A stretch of 53,139 nucleotides of DNA, filler included, from Dirinaria sp. TL-2023a (GCA_051941275.1; 3 parts of 3 records of this genome joined end to end with filler, not necessarily neighbours in it); one strand, 5' to 3'; counted from the first letter of the whole stretch, positions 1 through 12,563 are shown. Notes: generated by a model not told the origin, from the sequence alone. Program-made: numbers and translations.

Positions 1-251
1 GTATGAAGTATTGGAATGATGAACCTGTGTTAAGGGGTATGCGCATGGTTTCGAAACCGAAGCGCAGAGTGTGGATGGGGTTCAGGGATTTGTTCGAGCT
101 GAGTAAGGGGAATCAGAGGGGCTATGTGAGGGGTTTGAGAGGCGTGGGTGAGAGCTTGTATGTTACGACCGATCGTGGCATTATGGAGCTTAGGGAGTGT
201 GTGGAGCGCAGGACGGGGGGTATGTTGCTTTGTCGTGTGAATCCGATGTGA
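1..251 (+). CDS. MRPS8: Mitochondrial small-subunit ribosomal protein S8 (uS8m), 3' part only; the gene starts upstream of the window
   Basis: Translation KYWNDEPVL...VSKPKRRVW...GESLYVTTDRGIMELRECVERRTGGMLLCRV matches the uS8 C-terminal signature (S-K/R-P-x-x-R-x-Y/W ... STxxG-x-M ... GGE/M-L-L-C-x-V) with the fungal mitochondrial KYW motif. Stop TGA at 249-251. Confidence 0.9.
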   Translation, partial: MKYWNDEPVLRGMRMVSKPKRRVWMGFRDLFELSKGNQRGYVRGLRGVGESLYVTTDRGIMELRECVERRTGGMLLCRVNPM

Positions 252-654
252 GGAGGAGGGAGACGGGGATCTATTTTTTGGGGGGAGAGTGGGGAGAATT
301 TTTTTTTTTCCATTTCGATTCATTGGTTGGCTTTATTGACATTGGCATTGGCATTGCGTGGAGTGGGGGGATTGGGCATTTTTTTATTTTTGTGGCATAA
401 GGTATGGGGGCCTCTTTAAAGGAAGCTTGACATGCAAAAAGTGGCATACATATATTACAAGTAAAAAGGTCAGATAACCCGTCTGTAGGCGGCAGTGGAC
501 GAGGTCTGTAGAAATCCTGCCAAAGAAGCGGAAAAGAAACAAAAGAAAAGCAAAGTTTGCTATGGGATATCGCCGCTGCCTTGTGTACAACTCCTGCAAT
601 GCCCTCCTTAGAACCGCTATGAAAACGAAGTCACCGGTGACGAAGTTGCTGAGC

Positions 655-2394
655 TTATTGCGCTGGTTGTTCCACAGGCTGTCCCGCCGCTGAATTTCCA
701 TCAGGATCATGAGCGGTTTCTTTCCCAGGTGTCATAGGACTCCCTGTTTCCGGCTTGTCGCCATTTTCTTTGCTTGCTTCTGCTACGTAGTTTCCCACGA
801 CTTCCTCATCCGGTTGCGAGGGATGCGTCACCTCTCCACTGCTGAAATGCGTTTTTGCATGGTCCGCTGATCCTTTGCTGCCGCCACTCTTCCGCTTCGG
901 AGCCTGAGTTTTCCGTGGAGGGCTCTTGACCTCGACCTTCTCATGGACTTTGCTAGCGGAGCTCTCCGTTGGGCGCATCATCCGAGCCAGGAAATCCCCA
1001 CCTGCTGGTTTCGTGCCGGCTGTGCCAGCTGTGCTAGTACGAGGTTTTGGCTTCTGGCTGGCATTAGACTGCGCAGGTAGAGATGAGCGCGCGGGTTTCG
1101 GTCGTGCTGATGCTCCAGAGTTTGATACTACGGACGGCCGTGAAGGACGTAGAGGTTTGCTGACGCTTACTTGGCTGGCTCGACTGGGTGAACGCGATGA
1201 TGGCGCTTTCGCTGCTGAAGCTGCTGTAGGTGCGGTGGCTGATGAGGGAAGGCGGACAGGCCGAGTCGGGGATTTGGCGCGAGGTTTAACTCCTGGTGTA
1301 GGGTGGCTGACATTCCTCGTTGATGCTTGACTGGAAGTCGATGAGACTTGTCGTGGTTTTGGGCCTTGTACGGAGTTTTGGGGAGCCAGAGAAGATCGGC
1401 CTGTTGATGGATAGGTGGTTTTCGTGTCTTGCGTCCTGCTGCTTGTACCGTTTTTGGGCGGAATTGCTGCCCTAGGAGACGAGGGTTTTGATGCGGGTTT
1501 CTTACCAATGCTGTTGGTAGCTTCAGTCTGGGGAACGCGTGGCGATTTGCTGGCCCTGTTCCCCGATGTTATTGTTGAAGCTCTAGGACTAGTGCCTACA
1601 TCTTTCTTAGTGTCAACAATTGGCGGATGTGTGGGTGATAAATGTGCATCTGAACTTGTTGGTGGTGGTTTGCTGGCACTGTTCGGCGCCTTCGCTTGAC
1701 CATTGGCCTTGTCGGATACATTCGACCTTGCTTCATCGGCTTTTGGTAAGGGCTTGTCCGCTGCCGAGACATCGGTAGATTTCAATGCGTCAAGTCGCTG
1801 ACCAAAGGACTCCTCGAAAGGCGAGCCTTTCAGTACCGAGCCCAGGTCCTGTTCATTGTCTTTCAGGGCAGTACCACCTGTCACTGCATTCTCATCCTTT
1901 GGATCTGCAGGTAGTAGGCTTGCCGGCTCCTCTTCAGCTGCCGCAATTGGCTTGTCCGGGTTGGCAGGTGGAACTTCCATTTTCACTGGGCTGGTTTCTG
2001 GGTTTTTTGGGTTCTCGTTTTGGTCCCCATCTGCGGGCACCTTTTCATGCCCATTCATCTGGGTCTTGCCTTCAGGAGCGGAAGGAATGGCATGGCCATT
2101 CGTCTTCGCGGCCCCAGAAACGGAACCACCCAATCCTGAATTGCCTTCATTCATGCCGTCCCCTCCAACACTTCCCTCTCCTGTACTCATCCTCTTCAGT
2201 CCAAAGCCTGGCCCTTGCTGCCCGCCCCTTTCGACCGAGATGAAGCTGGTCCGTACTTTAGAGATGGGTCGGGAGCTTTCGCTTGTCACACTATCTGCCG
2301 GAGATCTTCCACGAGAAGGGGGAGAGGTATCAATGCCGTTCTGCTCGAACATTGCCCGTAGGCCCTGAACTCCGCCGCTGGGTCTCCCGGACAT
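655..2394 (-). CDS. Ser/Pro/Thr-rich, probably disordered fungal protein of unknown function (about 579 aa)
   Basis: Long single ORF. The first ATG at 2394 gives MSGRPSGGVQGLRAMFEQ. Islands such as VRTSFISVE, VRLPSSATAPTAAS and FLARMMRPTESSASK look like conserved motifs within low-complexity sequence. Confidence 0.75.
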   Translation of the reverse strand: MSGRPSGGVQGLRAMFEQNGIDTSPPSRGRSPADSVTSESSRPISKVRTSFISVERGGQQGPGFGLKRMSTGEGSVGGDGMNEGNSGLGGSVSGAAKTNGHAIPSAPEGKTQMNGHEKVPADGDQNENPKNPETSPVKMEVPPANPDKPIAAAEEEPASLLPADPKDENAVTGGTALKDNEQDLGSVLKGSPFEESFGQRLDALKSTDVSAADKPLPKADEARSNVSDKANGQAKAPNSASKPPPTSSDAHLSPTHPPIVDTKKDVGTSPRASTITSGNRASKSPRVPQTEATNSIGKKPASKPSSPRAAIPPKNGTSSRTQDTKTTYPSTGRSSLAPQNSVQGPKPRQVSSTSSQASTRNVSHPTPGVKPRAKSPTRPVRLPSSATAPTAASAAKAPSSRSPSRASQVSVSKPLRPSRPSVVSNSGASARPKPARSSLPAQSNASQKPKPRTSTAGTAGTKPAGGDFLARMMRPTESSASKVHEKVEVKSPPRKTQAPKRKSGGSKGSADHAKTHFSSGEVTHPSQPDEEVVGNYVAEASKENGDKPETGSPMTPGKETAHDPDGNSAAGQPVEQPAQ

Positions 2395-3272
2395 ATCTGC
2401 AAGGTTGTCAGCTGATTTCAACAAATTTCCGATTAAACGCAGTTGAAAGAACGGCTACTCCGTTCGGTAAGGCCATGCGTGGTGAAGGCACAGCATGTGA
2501 CCAATTAAAAGCAACGCGTCAGAAACGCGCTGAAATTCCTGCTGGTCGTTATGCAGCATGGGTAACTTACAAGTATTGTCTCTCCTTGGTATAAGAAAAC
2601 ACGAAAAGTTGAACAAACGTCTAAGACTGGAGAAGGGTTCTGAGGCATGTGAGCCAGAAAACTCATACTCACATGGCCATGGTGGATGTTGAAAAGGAAG
2701 CCAGACAACATGGGAGACAATAAAGAACCTTTATGGGAATTAAGGTACGCCTCGGTTAAACCTGCCATGATCGTCATATTGGCATGCATCAGTACCTTAC
2801 ACTGCACCCGACTGGCTCATGCTGGCAACTGCTCCCTGAATAATGCTTGCATCTGATACGATGTCATGAGGACTCGATTGACCCAGATGAGTGTGTTTTC
2901 GATTCATATTTATATAATGTATATAAATACACTGCGGATCTCTTGGCTGACAACAAGTGGACAAAATACTCCTTCAGGCTTTGAGCAGCCGACCCCTTTT
3001 CCACTTAGGTGCTCCTATCTATTATGGACTGGCCATGGGCAAATTTACAACGCCGAGATAATCGCTGCGGAGTGAATGCAGAATGACGAGGCAGGAAAAT
3101 TTTGATGATTGCCCTAGAAGATGTGCGCGCAATGCAAGATGTACATAGCACACGAAAGAGCCGGCATTCCCTCCCGGTCATCCAAGTGTCAAGCCACCCT
3201 GCCCGAACTTTTGATCCAACGCCTAAGTACATCGAATGTGCTCTGACTAGATGTCGCCCGATCCATGACAAA

Positions 3273-5093
3273 CTACATGGCAAAAGTCATCCTGCCCTGA
3301 GCTTGTCTGATCCTCTGTCCGAACAGGCCCAGGACAATGATTATCAAGCCTGCAGCCGCAGTGATGCCCGTCTGCGCCCCAAAAGCATTGACTAGTCCAC
3401 TCTTCGTCACCCAGTTGATCTCAATATATGTAGCCATGAATCCGCCCAGCGTCCTGCCCACCACGATCCAGGCACCGACCTCTCCGCTGCCTTCGGGGTA
3501 CGCATCTAGGAGATAGGCATTCAGCGCCACAGTGGCGATCATGATACCGGCAACTTGCATAGCGGTAAAAACAGCGATCGCCATATAATGCCAGGTGTGC
3601 TGCAGAGCAAAACCGAGGACCAGGATACTGATTGCCATAAGCGGGGACGCGAGCCAAATGATAAGCAGCCGTGCTTCGGGCGTAATGACACCGCCGTGCC
3701 GCTTCATGTACAGCTTTCCGACCAAGTCATGAAGCCAGTGACCGATACCAGCGCCAAGAAGAGAACCAATAATGGGAGCAAAATAGAACATTCCTTCAGG
3801 TGCATGTCAGCTAGCATTTCTAGGTTTTGGGCAAACTAAGCCGGAGCATACCCAAGTTGTATGGGGTGAATTTATAAATCGAAGTAAGCCAAATCGATAT
3901 AGTAGCGTTAACACCAATGATCCAGGCAAAGTTGAGGAAGTAATAGATAGTACAGAGGAGAACCGGAAGCTTTGATATCGCGATGATAGGACGCATGATC
4001 GCTTGCCCGAACGACTGACGGGTGCGGCGCGAACGCCATTGCTCAACGCCAACGAGCCGAAGGAGGCGTGACTTTGGCACAGGCTGGCGCTCTCGCGGGA
4101 TGTTGCGGTTGTAAATGGTCTCGTCCATGAGGCCAACAACAAGGAGCCAGCACAGGCCTGTAAAGCCCGTAAGAACCCAGAAAGCAACCGGCCACTTCAT
4201 TTTATTGATGATAAACGCAGTTATCAATGGCCCAAGGTAGGGAGAGACGATTATAGCGCCTGACCAAATATTGATTTTACGGCTAAACAGACGTCAGTGT
4301 CAAATGTGGCTGCAATGACGCAGGCGTGAGACAGAAACGTACGGATGCTCATGGAAGAAGAAGATGTCTTGAATGAACATGAGACCACCCTGATCTCACA
4401 GCTTAGCGTTTGTATATCCTACCGAAAGGAGGCGCTTACAGCCTGCGCAACAATAGAAAAGAATCCGTTGATGATGCGTGCAGCCATGTAAGAACTGAAG
4501 CTCGTAGCGGCCGCGCACCAAGCGGCTGTTCCAAGGGCCATGGAGGTGAAAAATACTAATATTGGCAGTCGACCGAAGTAGGCAGACAGCCACACGGTAA
4601 ACAAGCCTCCAGATCCCAAGCAGAAGAGGTTGCCAACGAGATTGTGCTGAATGGTGTTTTGTGATTTCATCCATTGCCTGTGCGACCCACGTGAGTGGTG
4701 TACCATGAAGAGAAACTTGGAGAAGGCTGGCTGTGCTTCCTCAACTTACATTGCTTGGGGCAGTAGAGTGACGATACCCATACTCGATCCGAAATCAGGC
4801 ATAAACGCTACGATCGAGATGACCGTCAAGATGATATGCTTCTTGATAGGACTCCAATTCAATGGGTCATTGGGATCACTTGAGGGTTGGGGAATCAGAA
4901 CAGTTTTTCCATCTGATGCAGTCTTGACCCCTGCGTCGCCAGATTGGAGCTGGTGCACATCAAGTACGTGGGCGCCATTCTCCCCATACGTATCCACGTA
5001 ATGCGACGGCACATTCTTTTCATCCCCAAGCACAATCTCTTCCGCCTTGACAGCGCCTCGCGAGCCTCCTGATGACGAGCGCCTTTCAGACAT
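3273..5093 (-). CDS. MFS transporter, DHA1/HOL1-like, multi-exon
   Basis: Motif LIPQPSSDPNDPLNWSPIKKHIIL before TM1, YFGRLP motif A, GGLMFIQDIFFFHEHPRKINIW, and C-terminal PEARL and YLLDAYP motifs. GT-AG introns restore the frame (first intron about 4749-4678; others near 4440-4390, 4343-4283 and 3852-3794). Confidence 0.9.
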
Positions 5094-6216
5094 GGTATGT
5101 GCTCAGTGGAGTAAAGAAAAACGATTGAAAGCGGTATCGATCGTCTCAAATCACGGGAAAGAAACAGAAGCCAGTCTCAGTATGGCTGTAGGAATCGCGG
5201 GACGTTGCACGGCTGCAGGAGCGTGCAACAGTACTTAGCAAGCTTAAGGAGGAAGCAGTTGACTTTGAAAGGTTGGCCCCGTCTCTGTTCTTCGCTTGTC
5301 CGTGCAACGAATTTAGTAAAACCATCGAACGATCCAGCATTGCCGTAGCACCGCGTCAGTAAGTGCATTTTTCATGCGACTGAGGGCCGGGTAGCCGAGG
5401 AATTGATCTGTTCAGTTCCTCCACCTGTGTCATCGCGTTCCCAACCCAACCCCCGGCCCCAGTTACTTTTCACCTCGCTTGGCTGGCAGAGTGGCTCCTT
5501 GACTGTCCTGGATGATTAAGGGATGATTAGGTATAACACGCGTGCATGGCGTCGATGGCGTGCGTCAAATGAGGAGCGATGGATAAGCTAAAGAGCCTAA
5601 TTGCGTGGCCGGTAACAGGCCGTTGCGGTTGGCACAATTTTACTGCATGCGATGGGATCGATGGTGGAATCTGCCGCTTCTGCTCGCCGGGTTATTGCGT
5701 CGTGCTAAACCACCTTGGTTGTTAGAAAAGGTAGAGGTAATGAAAGGCGGTTTTAAAACGGTAGGAGCCATTCCAAGTAAGGTAGGTACCTACAGTCCTA
5801 CACCCCTTCACCTAATGCAAGGTACATACTTTAGGTAGATAAGGTAAGGTAGGTAAGGTACAACCGGGCTTAACTTAGGCCTGATTAGAAGGTACTGTAC
5901 AAGCCACGGGAGAACTACAAGACAGATGCTGTATGACACGATTAATGGTCGACTAGGCATGTTTCACAGCGTATCGTGCGTGCGGTACTTCAGTGCTACA
6001 ATTGTACTCTGCTCGTTGATGAGTCCTATCCAGGACGCTAAGGGTGAAAATGCTACTCCTGAGCGGGAGGTTGTGCTCAAGAACGCGGCTGCGCTTTGAG
6101 CTTCCAGCGTCTTTTTTTGTTGGAGCTCATTCGTCTGTTTTCCTGCTCAAGAGATGGCCGTTTTCACTGAGTAGAAAGTGGGAGTCTTCTAAGGGAACAG
6201 TCGTCGATGTGTGCCG

Positions 6217-7664
6217 TTACTCTTTCAGCTTCGCCTCGATCACTTGTTCATAGTCTGATCGCTGCCCCCAGACTTTGACGATTTCTAGACCGCAATCCTC
6301 GAGCAGATCTTCCCACTGCCGCCTCGTGCGCTCAATACCGGAGCAAAAGCACATCATCAGAAAGTCCATTGATGAGCCTCGGATGGGTGCCCCTGTGTTA
6401 GGCAATACGTAATCATCAATCAGTAGGCGTGAGTAGCCTTTCTTCATAGACCTGGCCGTGTTAGAAAGGAATTGACGACAAGCCTCATCGGGCCAATCGT
6501 GACAGATGTTGCGGAAGTAGTATGCTCGGGCACCTAAGAGGCACATCAGCTAGATCCTGTTAGATATCCAAGCTCAGGATTGCTCGCCTCTAATCGGTTG
6601 GGGGGTGAAAAAGTCATAGCTCATGATCTCGATGCTAGGGGGAGCTTTCCCGCCAAATTTTTCTATCATCACGGGCAGGTCCTGCAGGATCAAACGCCCT
6701 GGGGCGTCTGAGTGCGCTGCGTGAAACCCTTGAAGCTCGTGACCCCAGTTGCCTCCAACGTCCACGAGGAGAACCGCCTCAGGGTCACCACTGGTGGTTC
6801 CAGGGACGAGTTGCGAGGCCATTGGAAAAACTTCAAACCAAGATGACAGTCCTTTCCGGCGAACCGCCATATAGTCATCAAAATACCTACGTTGGTCTTC
6901 ATTCTTCGCCATGTATTCGAAAAGCCCCATGTTGAAAGTACTTTCGAAAGGGCTTCTTTGTTCGTGTGTCTTAGGAAATTGATGGAAGCCAGTTGTCTTC
7001 ATGTAATCAACAAGACCAGCTCCTACCGGGAAGAAGAGATCATAGCTAGGTCGTTACATTAGTCTTTTCAGATAAAAGGGCTACTAAGGAAGCCGAACTG
7101 ATGCTTTTCTCCCCCGGCAAGTCCGGGCGTAGTGACGAGATGGGTTGCTTCGGTTGCGTTGTATTGTCTCTCGCCAGCTTCATCGCAAACGCCAGTCCAG
7201 GTGACAAGGCGCATAATTCGGGCTTAGTCGTAGCTTGATTCAGCCAGGGATCATGGCAATGAAAAGGGTCCGCAACAAATCTCACCAATAAGCAGCTCGT
7301 CGTATCCCGTTTTTTGGGCAACTTCTGATGCGGTGATGGTCTTGCCCTTCGCAGCTGCTATAGCGTCAAGAAATCCGCCTTCCAAGGCCAATCTGACTGC
7401 AGCAGATTGTATCGGCTGAATATAGGAAGCAAGTTTCAGTGGCGACTCATAATAGCACAATGTCTGTATAGAAAAACGGTGATACAACGGCTCATGTAGT
7501 TAAAATACCTCGAATCGCATCCTCATCAACGTTTCTGCGGGAGTCTCTACTGTGAGATTCAACCTACGGACAGCCTCCAGTAAGTCTACATGGCTTTGGC
7601 CAGTGCCAGTCTTGTCAGCCTTTGCTGCCTCTTGAACGTCTGTGATGGCCTTAGATATGTTCAT
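6217..7664 (-). CDS. SAM-dependent O-methyltransferase (Methyltransf_2 family, fungal secondary-metabolism type), about 5 exons
   Basis: ATG at 7664 gives MNISKAITDV...LTVETPAETLMRMRFE. SAM motif LLVDVGGNWGHE, then LILQDLP, YDFFTPQPIRG, ARAYYFRNICHDWPD and ERTRRQW. Canonical introns join all exons in frame. Confidence 0.92.
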
Positions 7665-9175
7665 CGTGTATGGTGAATCTCCGCAAGACGCTGATTATTG
7701 TCTGTCTATGCTGCTCGATGATGATGAAGTCTTTTCATAACTAGTTAGCACGGGCCAGAGCCGGCCACGTTCCGGCCAAGTTTTATTATTATTCAGCTCG
7801 TCTTCTCAAGGCCCGATGCCGTTGCCGTGCCCTGACGAGAAGGACGGTGTATCCGGAGCGATCCCTGCAACGAGCCATTACTTCGTCGTAGCGGCTCCAA
7901 GAAATTTTAGTTCGCTCTTCATGGTCGTGCCTGACCACCTTAGGTTGACTAGATTCAGGAGACCCCCTTGCCGATCCACACTTTTGATCGCTCGGAACAA
8001 AAACGTGTCTGAAGGCGGCGATGGTGCGTCGCCAATCATATCCAGTCATGGTAGGTCGACCTCGATCAGTCGACCTACAGATTGCACTCCATTCCCGCTC
8101 TTGGCTTCTTTCCTTTTCAAACCAGTGTATTATATACTGAGCTATACTAGCCTATGTTTGTAATGTATCATATTCTTTGGCGAATCACGGATGACTTGCG
8201 GCTTCAACTTCGAACTACTTTCTGGCAAGCCACGCCTCAGACATTTTGGTGCAGCTTGGCTTGAACCATTCATGATTAGATAGTTACTGCTAACCCGTAG
8301 GACGCGACCGTGCCGTTCACAAGCCTTCGGAACCTCTTCGAAAGCTCCCCAGCCAGTCAGAATCCTTGCAATGCGAAAATTCTTATCTTGGTTTCGCTTG
8401 CTCGAGGAGTAGTCGCTCGACTCTTCTACAGCAAAGACGGTAAGCCGAGGTCTCAATAATGTACGCGTCAGGCAAAAGAGACTTTCAAATTAAACATTAG
8501 CGACAAACTGCTTGTGCGGCGGCAGACGTCCCAAGACTAAGAGATTGTCACTGGCAGTGGCAGACACCCCACGCCGTGACGGAGCCTCCTCTACTATGCC
8601 CCTGTTCGTGGGAGATGGCCACTGGCCTTTTCGGTCTCTTCCATTCCTCCCGCTGTCGCTAGTCGGAGGATCAATTGGGTCTGAGTCTGATGAAGCCCGA
8701 ACCATAAGCTGATGCCATCTATGCATATGGATTCTACGAGATAGAGATACAAGACCTTCACAGCCGGGCTCTTCGATACCTCATGGCTTGGTTGTTATTT
8801 TCCCCCTATGATATCCGTGTCCGGTAGCGTTTTGAGTTTGAAGTTGTTTGTTAGATTGTCCCAGGGTTATTAGGACACTACTTTATAACAAGGGCAGCCT
8901 GCCAGCCACGAGCTACTTTCTACCTAGAGTTTTTCCGTCCCGTCGTGACAGTCCGTCTTTCCTTGGTACATTGAAACTAGCCGCCTATAGTACAGTCAAT
9001 GCACGAGCCATCATGTCTCCTCGAATATTCCTAAATGGTGCTGGCTCCTTTATCAGGAACATGGCTCGCTTGTTCGCCTTTGGTCTCGACTGTTGATCCT
9101 TCACACCCGCAGAGAAATTGGGGTTGTCTGCACTCCGATCAATTTTTCCAATTGTCGTTGCCATTTGATGCATCA

Positions 9176-10764
9176 ATGGCAACACATCAGATACTGTCTA
9201 ATCCGTATGGCGGCAGAGGGCCTCTCATTCTGGGCGTCACATGGGCCGAGGCCGCCCTTGCCCTCGGTTTGATGGTTGCCCGAACGTACACAAACGGGTT
9301 TCTTATTAGGTCGTTCAAGTGGGATTACTGGTGGGCACTTATTACACTGGTAGGATGATGATGAAATCCTGCAATCACCTTTGGGTATTAATGGCAGCAG
9401 ATTTCGAGTTTAGTTGCGCAGGCAATGTTAACGGTTTCTGTACTCTCGGGACTGGGCAACCACCTCAAACTCCTCGATGCTCCACAACTCGTCAACTCTC
9501 TGATGTGGAGTTGGATGGCCCAGATTGTGGCCATCCAGGCCATCGGTTTTGGAAAGATTGCTGTCATCGCTTTCCTTCTGCGCATCCAGGAACGAGCGCA
9601 AACGAAGAAAGCCTGGCTCCTTTATTTCATTGGCTTCAGCAATATCGTCATAAACATCGACCAAATGATATTAATTTTGTTGCAATGTTCCCCATCCCGA
9701 AAGCTTTGGAATAGGGAAGTCCCCGGAACTTGTGAGTGATATTCTTTTCTTTGTTTTTCCAGTGTTGCTACTATCAAAAGCTTCGAGAGCTTTCTCGCGA
9801 GTAGACATCCGACGTGGTACAGCACAATGCATGGTCCTTTCCTGAAAAAGCTATGCTGATTCTATGATCCATCAGGCTATCATGTCCACCGGACCAACAG
9901 TGTTGGGTACTTTCAAGGCAGTATGTTCGCCCAGACATTGCCCGTGTCTTTTTCCAAATGCACTTCACAGATGCTAACTCAAGGCGCTAGGCTGGGCTGC
10001 AGCAAGCGACATAGCACTTGCGGTATACCCAGTGCTTGTATTCTGGAATGTAAAAATCAGCATGAAAATTAAAGTAGGACTTTGCTTCCTCATGGCCGGA
10101 GGTCTCATGTATGCAATCGCTATTCCCTTACTTTTCAGAGACCGTCAATTCTGACGTTCTGTGAAAGAGCTGCTGCCGCGGGTATTGTGAAGACCATTTA
10201 CATCAAGCTGATCACTGCCGAGGAAGACCCAACATGTCAGTAACTTCTCTATCCATCATATCTCACCAGTATCCACTCCGTCTTTAATTTTGAGATCGCT
10301 ATCTAGACCATCGATCAAAGTATATATGCTCACCGTTCTTAGATGCCATCTCAACCCTCGTCATTTGGGCCTTTACCGAAAACTGGCTCGTCTTGATTCT
10401 AGGGTCTTTACCTCCCTTGCGAAGTCTCTTCGTCCGCCTTTTCCAAGAAATAACCACCACCGCTTCCCGAAGCCGCACTGCCCGCCATGCCGGTTACGAC
10501 CAGTACTATTCACAATCGAACCCCAAGGACCATCAAAGGAGTAATAACATTGTTATGTATCCTGTGGCCAAAAAGGCGGCTGTATCGGGCGATGACGACA
10601 GTGAAAGGAACATTCTTCCCCCCGGCCAAATAGGGCTGGCAAGTGACCCGTTCGGGACGGGAATCTTAAGGACTACCGAGATCCAGCAGACAGTGCGAGG
10701 CAAAGATGAGAAAGATGATGGCAGTGAAGATAGCTTAGGAGGTCTGGAACGGCCGGTCGTATAG
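9176..10764 (+). CDS. PTH11-like integral membrane protein (fungal rhodopsin-domain / GPCR-like, no CFEM domain), multi-exon
   Basis: MATHQILSNPYGGRGP...ARTYT...FKWDYWWA, then GLGNH, GFGKIAVIAFLLRI, QCSPSRKLWNREVPGTC, ASDIALAVYP, TEKWLVLILGSLPPLRSLF and a low-complexity cytoplasmic tail. These are typical hallmarks of the family. Confidence 0.88.
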
Positions 10765-11516
10765 ACAATGAGAGACTTGGGATGTCTACGAACGGTCCTC
10801 GTTCCATGACCAAAAGTCTTCATGAAGACACGTCTACAGGCAAGAGTGGTTTCTGCAGCTGGGCGTTCTGTAGGACGAAAAAAGTTACGTGTATGGATTT
10901 CTGAGTTGGATCAAGGTGGATATTGTATGATAGTATTGAAGAATATCGCGCTAGATCGGTACGACCTGTATATTCACGAATAAAAGATCGATTTCAGAAC
11001 CTTTAGCACCTTCGCTGCTACCTACGTAACGATCATCTGCCTTTCATCTTCTCCTCCCTGCCGGGCCTCCAGAAGTCAAAGCAACTTGACGCTCAGAGGG
11101 AAGGCCACTGTTTCCTGGAGTAGGGGGCAGACAATGCTAGGTTCCACCGTTGCGGGTCAATAAATTCCTAGTCCTTCTTTGAACTTACGACGGGCCGTCA
11201 AATCAACATTGAGCTGGACAGACCACGACGTGGACATCGCCGACCAATTTAGCAAGCGTACATGCAGAGAATCCTACGATGAATGAAATGGATATCCCGA
11301 TCCAACGGTTAGCCGGAACCGCCAGTGTGGGGGGCCTACCCATTTCGCAGTCCATCTTCGATTCACCTCTCAACGTCAGTCGGTATAACCCAGCGACTTC
11401 GCTCCTGGTTTCCGACGGCCGCGTCCGATCATGGCTTAATGGCTTGCCGGACGCCGCTGTCCGAGTCCATCCCATGTCTCCGTACGAGTATGACTTTCGT
11501 GCATATCTATTGCAGC

Positions 11517-12053
11517 TCACCCGTCATCCAAAACGCCGAACCCCACCCTGATCCACAAACTACATCCTGCGCAGCCCACCAGCATTTCCCTCTCGCCATC
11601 CTCCGCCGCGCTCTCCAGCTCCTGCTCGCTCACCACGAATCCCTTTTCAAGCCCGCATCTACATCCCCGGTACCATTTACCCTCGTCTTCATCGCGCGTA
11701 AGCTCATCAAGATCGAAGACCTCGCTCCTAAATTGATCTGTGGAAGGGAAAGCTTGAAGAGATTCGATTGGCTGGAGCAAGCCTGAGTGTAAGACGGAGG
11801 AGTCGTAGGCGGAACGCAGAGCAGGATCGAGAAGGGTGTTGTATGCATGGGTTATCTGGTCAACTGTGTATGCTGGTTTGGTGGAACGGGTGGGAGGAGA
11901 TGGGAATGCGGATGATTTGTCGGGGTGGTGGCGCAGGAGGGCGCGGCGATAGGCGGCTTTCAATTTGTGAGGAGTGATAGGAGGGGTGGAGGCCTGCGGA
12001 AGTGGAAGAGAGAGTACTTCGTAGTGATTTGGAGGGTATGATGGCCTTGTCAT
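11517..12053 (-). CDS. DPH4: Diphthamide biosynthesis protein 4 (J-domain plus CSL zinc finger)
   Basis: NHYEVLSL...LKAAYRRALLRHHPDK (J-domain HPD motif), then C-terminal FDLDEL...WYRGCRCG...GCAGCSLWIRV (CSL finger). ATG at 12053. Confidence 0.93.
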   Translation of the reverse strand: MTRPSYPPNHYEVLSLPLPQASTPPITPHKLKAAYRRALLRHHPDKSSAFPSPPTRSTKPAYTVDQITHAYNTLLDPALRSAYDSSVLHSGLLQPIESLQAFPSTDQFRSEVFDLDELTRDEDEGKWYRGCRCGLEKGFVVSEQELESAAEDGEREMLVGCAGCSLWIRVGFGVLDDG

Positions 12054-12563
12054 CTTGAGATGGCCGAAAGGAGGAAGGGTTAAAGTGTGGGATGAGTATC
12101 TGGACAATCCTGACCATCCTAACAATCCTCCCACCTGAATCTGATAGAAGAAGACCGAGGATTTGCCGGGACTCCCGATAATTTTAAGCTCAGAGCTGCC
12201 CCTGCAACTTCTGCAAGCCTCCGAAGCCCCGCGCCGGGAATTGGGTGAGGGGGAGCTTCACCGAAGGAGCTTCACCTGTTCACAACAGGTTTCTGCACGC
12301 CTTGGCTGGCAGTCACTCTTTTTCTGTAGACACCTTTCATTATATGCTCTCTCTAATCCGCCACTCACTTCAGATTAAGAATGTCTGGTCGAAAACCCTC
12401 ATTGTCCATAAGATCAATACAGCCACAAATGTGCTGCGCCAACCAGTCATGAATATTTTCCTCTCATGGTTTTCCTAAACATTTCTGACCTTGTTGCACG
12501 TCCATCAACGATCAATGATTCGCTCTTCAGATAATTAACATCCTTCGCACGGCGAATTGCACC

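Noticed and set aside
926..2368. Several + strand ORFs antisense to the Ser/Pro-rich gene, and similar shadow ORFs opposite HSP78, VIP1 and UTP21
   Set aside because: These are antisense shadows of real coding sequence with no recognisable motifs, and many begin at non-ATG codons.
11279..11551. 90-aa + strand ORF overlapping the DPH4 3' end
   Set aside because: No recognisable motif, it overlaps a real gene, and no clear exon structure supports it.
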